Assembly (NCBI GenBank): GCA_030018915.1
Contig: JASEHE010000003.1
Location: 1-43,429 of the forward strand
Source of the DNA: Verrucomicrobiota bacterium
GTDB lineage: Bacteria > Verrucomicrobiota > Kiritimatiellia > UBA8416 > SLMC01
Direction: 5' to 3'
Length of the DNA: 43,429 bases
In this document: positions 34,253 through 40,496 of the stretch, in pieces
How the letters are laid out: every line of letters begins with the position of its first letter
How positions within the stretch are numbered: position 1 is the stretch's first letter
Notes under the pieces: model-generated
Seen by the model: only the letters and a program-made list of their open reading frames with translations
Databases searched by the model: none
What the model was told of the DNA's origin: nothing
Position numbers and translations under genes: made by a program

Positions 34253-35119
34253 ATGTTCAGCGGCGTCTATACAGCCATTGTCACACCTTTCAACAAGGAC
34301 GGCAGCATTGACTTCGGCCGGTTCCGCGCGCTCATTGACAGGCAAGCGCAGGCCGGCGTGGCCGGCATAGTCCCGATGGGCTCGACCGGTGAATCTTCGA
34401 CCGTGAGCTTTGACGAGCACGACGAAGTGATCACAGCGGCTGTCGAGCGCTGCCGGGGACGCTTGCCCGTGATCGCGGGGACCGGCGCAAACTCGACCGC
34501 CGAAGCGATTCATTTCACAAAACACGCGATGGAAATCGGCGCCGACGCCTCCCTGCAGGTCACGCCATACTACAACCGGCCGAACCAGGACGGGCTTGTC
34601 CGCCACTTCACGGCCGCGGCGGACCTCGGTCTGCCCATGGTGCTTTACAATGTGCCCAGCCGGACCGGCCGCGAGATCGAGGTGGAGACGATCGTGAAGT
34701 TGTCCAAGCACCCGAAGATCGTGGCGATCAAGGAAGCCGGCGGCAGCGTGGATCGCGTGAGCGCGATCGTCAGCCAGTGCGACATCTGTGTGCTGTCGGG
34801 CGACGACTCGCTGACGATTCCGATGATGTCCGTGGGCGCCAAGGGAATCATCAGCGTGGCGTCCAACGTGGCGCCCGGACCGCTGGTCGAGATGGTCGGG
34901 GCGGCGCTCGCCGGCCGGTGGGACAAGGCGCGGCAAATACACCTCCAATACTACCGCCTGTTCCGGGACCTGTTCATTGACTCCAACCCGATCCCGGTCA
35001 AAGCCGCTTTGGCCATGATGGGGCTGATCGAGGAAACGTATCGGCTGCCCTTGTGCTCGATGTCTGACGCCAAGAAGGCGGCTCTTCGGCAGACGTTGAA
35101 GGAACTCGGATTGCTATGA
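34253..35119 (+). CDS. dapA: 4-hydroxy-tetrahydrodipicolinate synthase
   Basis: MFSGVYTAIVTPF...GIVPMGSTGES...VIAGTGANST...VTPYYN...LYNVPSRTG...IVAIKEA. GGGAGG lies upstream. Confidence 0.95.
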   Translation: MFSGVYTAIVTPFNKDGSIDFGRFRALIDRQAQAGVAGIVPMGSTGESSTVSFDEHDEVITAAVERCRGRLPVIAGTGANSTAEAIHFTKHAMEIGADASLQVTPYYNRPNQDGLVRHFTAAADLGLPMVLYNVPSRTGREIEVETIVKLSKHPKIVAIKEAGGSVDRVSAIVSQCDICVLSGDDSLTIPMMSVGAKGIISVASNVAPGPLVEMVGAALAGRWDKARQIHLQYYRLFRDLFIDSNPIPVKAALAMMGLIEETYRLPLCSMSDAKKAALRQTLKELGLL

Positions 35120-35176
35120 CACGTCGGCCGAACCAGGTCTCGTCGGTCTGAGGCGCAGCGTCGCCAGGAGCTTCTC

Positions 35177-35983
35177 ATGTCAAGCACGGTCACAGTCGCC
35201 ATTTTGGGAGCGGGCGGACGAATGGGGCAGGCGCTCGTTCGGTGCGCGGGACGGATCGGTTCGGTAAAGTTGGTTGCCGCGATCGAGCGGAAAGGCCATC
35301 CCGCAGTGGGCCGGGACGCGGGCGTCGCGGCCGGCATCGCCGCAACCGGCGTGATGATCGGCGACAACCCGCGCGGGTTCGGAGACGCCGACGTCCTCGT
35401 TGATTTCACGCTGCGCGACGCGGTCCCGGCCAATTGCCGCGTCGCCGTCGAGAACCGGCGGGCCATGGTGATCGGGACAACGGGCCTGAACGACGACGAG
35501 AAGGCCGCCGTGGAGCGGGCCGCGGCCTTAGTGCCGATCGTGCAGGCGCCGAACATGAGTCTGGGCGTCAATGTGTTATTCGCCATGGTAAAGAAGGCCG
35601 GCGAAATTTTGGGCTCCGGCTACCGTATTGAGATTGACGAGACGCACCACATCCACAAGAACGATGCGCCGAGCGGCACCGCCCTGCGGCTGGGCCAGAA
35701 GGCGGCCGAGGGGCTGGGCCGCGATTTCAAGGCCATGCTGGCGCACGACCCGGAGGGCCAGGGCAAAATTCGGGCGGACGACAAGTTGGTGATCCGCTCC
35801 TTCCGACGCGGGGAGGTGGTGGGCGACCACACCGTGAGTTTCGAAAACGCGAGCGAAAAAATCGAGTTCACGCATCATGCATGGAGTCGGGAAGCCTTTG
35901 CCATGGGAGCGCTTCGGGCCGCCGAATGGGTCGTGAGCCAACGGCCCGGCCTCTACGACATGCAGGATGTCCTGGGGCTATAG
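35177..35983 (+). CDS. dapB: 4-hydroxy-tetrahydrodipicolinate reductase
   Basis: VAILGAGGRMGQAL...VDFT...VIGTTGL...APNMSLGVN...EIDETHHIHKNDAPSGTAL...FRRGEVVGDHTV.F. Confidence 0.93.
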   Translation: MSSTVTVAILGAGGRMGQALVRCAGRIGSVKLVAAIERKGHPAVGRDAGVAAGIAATGVMIGDNPRGFGDADVLVDFTLRDAVPANCRVAVENRRAMVIGTTGLNDDEKAAVERAAALVPIVQAPNMSLGVNVLFAMVKKAGEILGSGYRIEIDETHHIHKNDAPSGTALRLGQKAAEGLGRDFKAMLAHDPEGQGKIRADDKLVIRSFRRGEVVGDHTVSFENASEKIEFTHHAWSREAFAMGALRAAEWVVSQRPGLYDMQDVLGL

Positions 35984-35993
35984 GGGGAGTGTC

Positions 35994-36028
35994 CATGTGT
36001 CAGGTTTCAGGTGTCAAGTGTCGGGCCG
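35994..36028 (+). repeat. 7-nt tandem repeat directly after dapB
   Basis: CATGTGT CAGGTTT CAGGTGT CAAGTGT CGGGCCG begins 11 nt after the dapB stop. It shares the 14-mer GGTTTCAGGTGTCA with the array at 39609-39639. Confidence 0.62.
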
Positions 36029-36120
36029 GAGGTCTCCCGTGGGGCAGGTCGGCGGCCTGATCTGCCGAGCCGGACGGGTTTGTTTCCCTGCGAAGCGCTT
36101 GTACTACTACCCCAAATCAT

Positions 36121-36624
36121 ATGGAATCCGGATTGAGCCTCGGATCGAACCTCGGAGACCGGCTGGCGAACCTGCGGCGGGCGCGGGACCGGGTTGCCGC
36201 GATCCCCGGCTGCGCGCTCCGGGCGCAGTCGCCGGTCTACGAAACCGAACCCGTGGGCGTTCGCCCGGAACATCAGCCCCAAGCGTTCTTGAACGCGGTC
36301 CTCATCCTGGATGCCGACCTGGTCCCGGAAACCCTTGCCGGGCGCCTGCTCGCGATCGAGACGGAAATGGGCCGCCGCCGGGGCGCCGCGCGCAACGAGC
36401 CGCGGGTCATTGATCTTGACCTCATCTACGCGGGGTCCCTCAGCATCCGCGCGCCGGACCTTGCGGCGCCTCACCCGCGCTGGGCGTCCCGCCGGTTCGT
36501 CGTGCAGCCGCTGGCCGACGTCCGGCCGGACCTGGTGCTGCCCGGCGAGCGGAGGACCGTTCGCCAGGTTCTTCTCTCCCTGCCCGAAGCGCCGGGGGCG
36601 ACGCTGCTCGCGGCGCGGTGGTAG
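36121..36624 (+). CDS. folK: 2-amino-4-hydroxy-6-hydroxymethyldihydropteridine diphosphokinase
   Basis: LSLGSNLGDR...SPVYETEPVG...FLNAV...IE.EMGR.R......PRVIDLDLI...HPR...R.FVV.PLA. Confidence 0.9.
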   Translation: MESGLSLGSNLGDRLANLRRARDRVAAIPGCALRAQSPVYETEPVGVRPEHQPQAFLNAVLILDADLVPETLAGRLLAIETEMGRRRGAARNEPRVIDLDLIYAGSLSIRAPDLAAPHPRWASRRFVVQPLADVRPDLVLPGERRTVRQVLLSLPEAPGATLLAARW

Positions 36625-36685
36625 TGTCGGCTTCGCGTCAGGAGGTTAGCCCTGCGGCGCAGACCGGGCTGCCTCTTTTCCCCTT

Positions 36686-36713
36686 GTAACCTGCAACCTG
36701 TAACCTGTAACTT
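36686..36713. repeat. 7-nt tandem repeat abutting the panB start codon
   Basis: GTAACCT GCAACCT GTAACCT GTAACTT ends 8 nt before the panB ATG. Its reverse complement reads CAGGTTA/CAGGTTG units, related to the CAGGTGT family. No Shine-Dalgarno sequence is visible in the remaining 7 nt. Confidence 0.65.
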
Positions 36714-36720
36714 CCAGCAC

Positions 36721-37515
36721 ATGACCCCATGGACCGCGAGCAGAATCCGGGCAGCCAAGGACAGGCAGAAGCTGGCCTGCCTCACGGCCTACGACTACTC
36801 GACCGCGCGGCTCGTGGACGAGGCCGGCATCGAACTGATCCTGGTGGGCGATTCCCTGGCCATGACCATGCTCGGGTATCGCAACACCTTGCCCGTGACC
36901 GTGGACGAGATGTTGCACCACACGAAAGCGGTTACGCGGGGCGTGCGGAACGCCCTGGTCGTGGCTGACCTGCCGTTCCTTTCCTATGAGGTGTCCAGCG
37001 CGCAGGCGGTAGCCACGGCCGGCCGGTTTATCAAGGAAGGCGGCGCGGGAGCGGTCAAGATCGAAGGCGGCACGTTCCGCGCCCCGGTGGTCCGGGCGCT
37101 TCTGGACAACGGAATCCCCGTGTTGGGTCACATCGGGCTCACGCCCCAGAGCATCAACAAGACGGGCGGCTACCGGGTCCAGGGCAAGGGCGCGGCTGAT
37201 GCCGCGCGCCTGGTGCGAGACGCCAAGGCCCTGGAGAAGGCCGGAGTCTTCGCCCTGGTTATCGAGTGCGTTCCGGCCGCGTTGGGCGGCCGGATCACCC
37301 GCGCCGTGAAGATTCCCACGATCGGCATTGGCGCCGGCCCGAAGTGCGACGGCCAAATCCTCGTGGTGCACGACCTGCTCGGCCTTTACTCCGGCGTGAG
37401 CCCAAGGTTCGTCAAGCGCTATGCCGCCCTCGGCTCGACGATGAAGAAGGCTTTTGAGACGTACCGCCGTGAAGTCCAGGAGGGGGCCTTCCCCGCCGCG
37501 GAACACTCCTACTGA
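36721..37515 (+). CDS. panB: 3-methyl-2-oxobutanoate hydroxymethyltransferase
   Basis: KLACLTAYDYSTARLVDEAGIELILVGDSLAMTMLGY..TLPVT.DEML.HTKAV...VVADLPF.SY...VKIEGG...GIPV.GHIGLTPQS...GGY.VQGK. Confidence 0.95.
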   Translation: MTPWTASRIRAAKDRQKLACLTAYDYSTARLVDEAGIELILVGDSLAMTMLGYRNTLPVTVDEMLHHTKAVTRGVRNALVVADLPFLSYEVSSAQAVATAGRFIKEGGAGAVKIEGGTFRAPVVRALLDNGIPVLGHIGLTPQSINKTGGYRVQGKGAADAARLVRDAKALEKAGVFALVIECVPAALGGRITRAVKIPTIGIGAGPKCDGQILVVHDLLGLYSGVSPRFVKRYAALGSTMKKAFETYRREVQEGAFPAAEHSY

Positions 37516-37558
37516 TCGGCTTTGACCTCCGCTTGCGGCGCGGCTTGGTCGCATCCCG

Positions 37559-37588
37559 GGCTCTCACACTTTTTGAAGTGTGAGAGCC
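37559..37588. terminator. Perfect 13-bp hairpin after panB
   Basis: GGCTCTCACACTT tttg AAGTGTGAGAGCC begins 44 nt after the panB stop. It coincides with the point where homology of the convergent TIGR02757-like remnant ends. No U-tract on either strand. Confidence 0.45.
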
Positions 37589-37589
37589 T

Positions 37590-37925
37590 GACCCGCGCGG
37601 CAGTTCGCGGATGTCCAGCTCCCGCCGGATCCCGAAGCGCGTGAGCGCGAAGTCATATTTCACCGGGGTCGAACGGAGGATGAACCGGTGCGGGCTGGGC
37701 CCCAGGCGGTCGAGGACGCGGCGCACGCTCCGGAGAATCTGAGCGACCCGGCCGTAGGCGAGCGCCGCAGCGAGCAGCCCGACGATTTCGCGGTCCCGTA
37801 CGTCCGGATACCCGTAAAGGAACTCCAGCGGATCGGAACGCGAACCGGCGCCGGTTCAACGCGCGGTAGAGACGCTCAAGCATCTCGCGATCCGGAATCG
37901 CTCTCCGAACACAGGGGCTGTTCAT
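37590..37925 (-). pseudogene. Remnant of a TIGR02757/DUF2400-family gene (N-terminal third, frameshifted)
   Basis: Frame 1: MNSPCVRRAIPDREMLERLYRALNRRRFA. It continues in another frame as SDPLEFLYGYPDVRDREIVGLLAAALAYGRVAQILRSVRRVLDRLGPSPHRFIL..., the family pattern L..LY...N...F..DP..F...Y....D.EI.G..AA..AYG as I recall it. The remaining ~2/3 of the family is missing. Confidence 0.5.
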
Positions 37926-37948
37926 CAAGGCCAAGACTCAATTGCGGT

Positions 37949-37975
37949 GGTGGCGTTGGGCCTCCGGACCAACGC
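37949..37975 (+). repeat. 27-nt hairpin repeat, copy 2
   Basis: GGTGGCGTTGGGCCTCCGGACCAACGC, 25/27 identical to 33848-33874. The stem is GCGTTGG/CCAACGC. Confidence 0.6.
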
Positions 37976-38010
37976 GTCACTGCTCCAAGGGCCTTGTCGA
38001 TGTCACGCTC

Positions 38011-38031
38011 GTCCGGAGGCCGAGCGCCACC
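38011..38031 (-). repeat. Partial inverted copy of the 27-nt repeat
   Basis: The reverse complement of GTCCGGAGGCCGAGCGCCACC is GGTGGCGCTCGGCCTCCGGAC, matching 19/21 positions of the first 21 nt of copy 2. Together with copy 2 it forms a longer-range inverted repeat. Confidence 0.5.
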
Positions 38032-38115
38032 ACGGAGGAATGATCCCGTTCTGACGGGCCAGACGCAGGTCTGTGCATGTGCGCAGGTGGCCTGCCTGTG
38101 TCCCCGGTTGGACTC

Positions 38116-38280
38116 TCAGTCTTCTGCCGGCGAGAACTGGTCCTTGCCCACGCCGCAGTCCGGGCAGACCCAGTCGGCCGGCACGTCTTCCCATTTCGTG
38201 CCCGGCGGCGCGCCGTTGGCGGGATCGCACTTCTCGGGGTCGTAGATGTATCCGCACACATCGCGGACGTATTTCTTCAT
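38116..38280 (-). CDS. Rubredoxin (54 aa, below the ORF-track size cut-off)
   Basis: My own translation of the minus strand gives [54 protein letters not shown]. It has the two CxxCG knuckles and the Y.Y.P..GD.......F..LP.DW.CP.CG..K..F pattern of rubredoxins. Confidence 0.88.
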   Translation of the reverse strand: MKKYVRDVCGYIYDPEKCDPANGAPPGTKWEDVPADWVCPDCGVGKDQFSPAED

Positions 38281-38818
38281 GGCTTCGCCTCCGTGATGCT
38301 TCCGGCGTGTTTCTCGAAATCGCGGCAGTCCCCGATCATCTGGACGCCGACCGTTACGCCGGCCCGCGCGACGCGCACCCGGCGCGACTGGATCCCGATG
38401 ACCTCACCCTGTCTGACGAGCGCGTCCGCCTGGCTCGCCGGCTCCCAGCGCGCGTGAGGCGGCGGGCGATCGATCTCGGCCGCTACGCCAGGCTGAGGGC
38501 GGGGTCGACGCCGATGGAGAGGTCGTGTCGTCCGAGCGGCGTGCCGGGATCCTGACGGACATAGCCGTCGTCGTATTCGCGGTCGGCATAGGATCCGAGC
38601 GATCCAACGTCCACCCGGCTGCCGGACCGCGTCGGGGCGGGCGAGCACTGCACGTCGGATCTTTGGACCGCGGGAGGGAATACACCGCGGTCGGGTTCTA
38701 TGTCCCATTGATCGTCTACACAGACAAACCCAGTTACTACACCGAACTTGAATGTGCGCTCGCGGCCGTCAAAAGCAGCCTGTTCAATCGCGCCGTTGTG
38801 TGATAATCCTCGGGGCAT
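38277..38818 (-). pseudogene. Unassigned coding-looking region with a frame break, coupled to rubredoxin
   Basis: High GC3 in frame A (..VQCSPAPTRSGSRVDVGSLGSYADREYDDGYVRQDPGTPLGRHDLSIGVDPALSLA*, stop at 38483). Downstream of ~38480, frame B has high GC3 ([68 protein letters not shown]). The frame B stop overlaps the rubredoxin ATG (ATGA). No family recognised. Confidence 0.3.
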
Positions 38819-39089
38819 GAGCTTGAAACGTCAGACGGGTCCGGAGACGACGTCGGGCAAGGCCACCGCGCGGCTGCCGGTCGAGGGCCGGCCCCACTAC
38901 CCGGCCGCCGCGCGGGCTAGGGTCCATGACGCCGAGTACTTCCGCACCCTGATCGAGAGCGCAACGGACGGCGTGGCCGTCGCCTTGCCCGACGGAACGG
39001 TCCAATACCACAACCCGGCGCTGACGGCGCTGTTGGGCTACGCCTCCCGCGAGTTCTACGCTGAGGGCCTGACCTCGCTGGAGCGGTAG
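38817..39089 (+). CDS. Short ORF encoding only the N-terminal half of a PAS domain
   Basis: MSLKRQTGPE...DAEYFRTLIESATDGVAVALPDGTVQYHNPALTALLGYASREFYAEGLTSLER*. High GC3. The PAS core beta-strands after the ...GY...E.. segment are absent, and the stop is 2 nt before the next gene. Confidence 0.45.
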   Translation: MSLKRQTGPETTSGKATARLPVEGRPHYPAAARARVHDAEYFRTLIESATDGVAVALPDGTVQYHNPALTALLGYASREFYAEGLTSLER

Positions 39090-39091
39090 GC

Positions 39092-39610
39092 GTGGAGAAG
39101 AAACCCATCGTCATCATCGATGCCTGGAACACCATTCGCGGCGTGCCACGCCTGCGGCAGGCCATGACCGGCGGTCTCGAGGCCGCCCGGCAGGCCGTGG
39201 TTCGGTTCGCCGCCGCCTGGCTCGCGCGCCGGGGGGATGTCGGCCAGTTCTGGCTCGTGTTCGACGGCGGGGCGCCTGCCTACGACGCCGAGCCGGCGGC
39301 CGGCATCCGCGTCATTCACAGCGGCGCTGATCTCAAAGCCGACGACCGGATCGTTCAACTCGTGGAGCGGCACATCCGCGACCACGCCTTGGTGATCGTT
39401 TCCGACGACCGCGAGGTAATTGACAGATGCCGGCAACTCGGAGCGGACTCGCAGTCCACCGCCGAATTCTTCGGGATACCGGAAGACACGAGACGGCCCG
39501 CTGCCGCCCGCCGCGGCGGGCGCGGCAAAGCCGATGCGAAGAATATGCTTTCCCCGGCCGAAGAGAAGGCCATCAATGACGAGTTGAAGAAAGTGTGGGG
39601 GATTGAATGA
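39092..39610 (+). CDS. NYN-domain (YacP/Rae1-like) predicted ribonuclease
   Basis: GTG start. KPIVIIDAWNTIRGVP.L...........AR.AVV.....W........LVFDGG....................VIHSG.DLKADDRIVQLV matches the YacP pattern (IVDGYN...VVFDA...ADD.I). Confidence 0.7.
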   Translation: MEKKPIVIIDAWNTIRGVPRLRQAMTGGLEAARQAVVRFAAAWLARRGDVGQFWLVFDGGAPAYDAEPAAGIRVIHSGADLKADDRIVQLVERHIRDHALVIVSDDREVIDRCRQLGADSQSTAEFFGIPEDTRRPAAARRGGRGKADAKNMLSPAEEKAINDELKKVWGIE

Positions 39611-39639
39611 GGTGTCAGGTGTCGGGTTTCAGGTGTCAG
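39609..39639 (+). repeat. 7-nt tandem repeat abutting the NYN gene stop
   Basis: GAGGTGT CAGGTGT CGGGTTT CAGGTGT CAGG starts inside the TGA stop (39608-39610). Same unit family as 35994-36028. Confidence 0.62.
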
Positions 39640-39803
39640 GAAAGAGTAGAAGTGAAGAGAGATCGGGAGGTGGGCGCATGCCGTGGCTCGGAGCAGATTC
39701 TGTTCGTTCGGTCTCCCGCCTCGAATCCCCAGTTTCCCCTCCCGGTTTCTGTTGTCGCCCCCAAAATTACGTTTCGCGTCTCCTTCCGCCCTGACACCTT
39801 CTC

Positions 39804-40259
39804 ATGACAAAACTGATTGTGACCTGGTCCGTGCAGCGGTTTCGGCGGCTTGCAAAGGAGTTGCCGAACGCCGAGGACTCAGTTCTCGAGATCGGCTGCT
39901 CGACCGGTGGAACCACGCGGTGTCTTGCCGGGCGCTGCGCGCGGGTGGTTGCGGTGGACCTGGGCGCCGAGGTGGTAAAGAACCTGCAAGCCGAGCTCGC
40001 CGCAAAGCCCAACGTGACGGTCGCCCGCGTGGACGGGCGTGACGCAGCCCGCCTGCGTTCGCTGCTGCCGGATCCCGATCTGATCTTCCTGGACATCGGC
40101 GGGACGGCGCTGCTGGGCAACATTGCCGTGGTGCTCCGGGAGTGCCTCCAGGCGTTCATGCCGCAGGCGCTGGTGGTGCGGAATACCGAGCTGGCGACCG
40201 TGGGCGGCGCTGATCGCGGAGGCCGAGCGGCCCGAGGAATTGAGTTTCCGCCCGATTGA
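39804..40259 (+). CDS. Small class I SAM-dependent methyltransferase (3' end probably frame-shifted)
   Basis: Motif I VLEIGCSTGGTT, followed by VVAVDLG...and LIFLDIGG. After ~residue 133 the GC3 signal moves to the +1 frame. Confidence 0.6.
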   Translation: MTKLIVTWSVQRFRRLAKELPNAEDSVLEIGCSTGGTTRCLAGRCARVVAVDLGAEVVKNLQAELAAKPNVTVARVDGRDAARLRSLLPDPDLIFLDIGGTALLGNIAVVLRECLQAFMPQALVVRNTELATVGGADRGGRAARGIEFPPD

Positions 40260-40476
40260 CGGCCCGGATGGCGCTGCCGGGAGCCTGCGGAGTTTGCTCG
40301 ATCTGTCGCGCAGCGCGAACGTGAGCGACCGGATTTTTGCCGCGCGCAAGCTGCGCAAACTGAAGACACCGGAGGCTCGCGCCCGGCTCCGTGAAATGGC
40401 CGCCGACCACAAAGGCCGCGTGCGCCGGATCGCGGAACTGGCTCGCCAGGATATGCGGTATTCGGCTTTGAAATAG
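40200..40476 (+). pseudogene. HEAT-like C-terminal segment in a different frame from the methyltransferase
   Basis: LIAEAERPEELSFRPIDGPDGAAGSLRSLLDLSRSANVSDRIFAARKLRKLKTPEARARLREMAADHKGRVRRIAELARQDMRYSALK* has high GC3 but no plausible own start or RBS. This is either one gene with an indel near 40190-40215 or a sequencing error. Confidence 0.4.
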
Positions 40477-40496
40477 CCACGCCCGGGCCCCGCCTG

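Noticed and set aside
3909-39639. Heptad arrays considered as a degenerate CRISPR or other spacer-containing array
   Set aside because: The units are 7 nt and directly abutting, with no spacers, no leader and no cas genes. They are not CRISPR.
39715-39740. tRNA T-arm-like TCGAATCC string
   Set aside because: There is no acceptor, D or anticodon arm around it, and the flanks cannot form a cloverleaf.
39678-39794. 38-codon ORF (MPWLGADSVRSV...) with a good GGGAGG 7 nt upstream
   Set aside because: Codon bias is weak (many T-ending codons), the product is low-complexity, and it overlaps the CCAGTTTCC leader motif. I cannot support it as a gene without conservation data.
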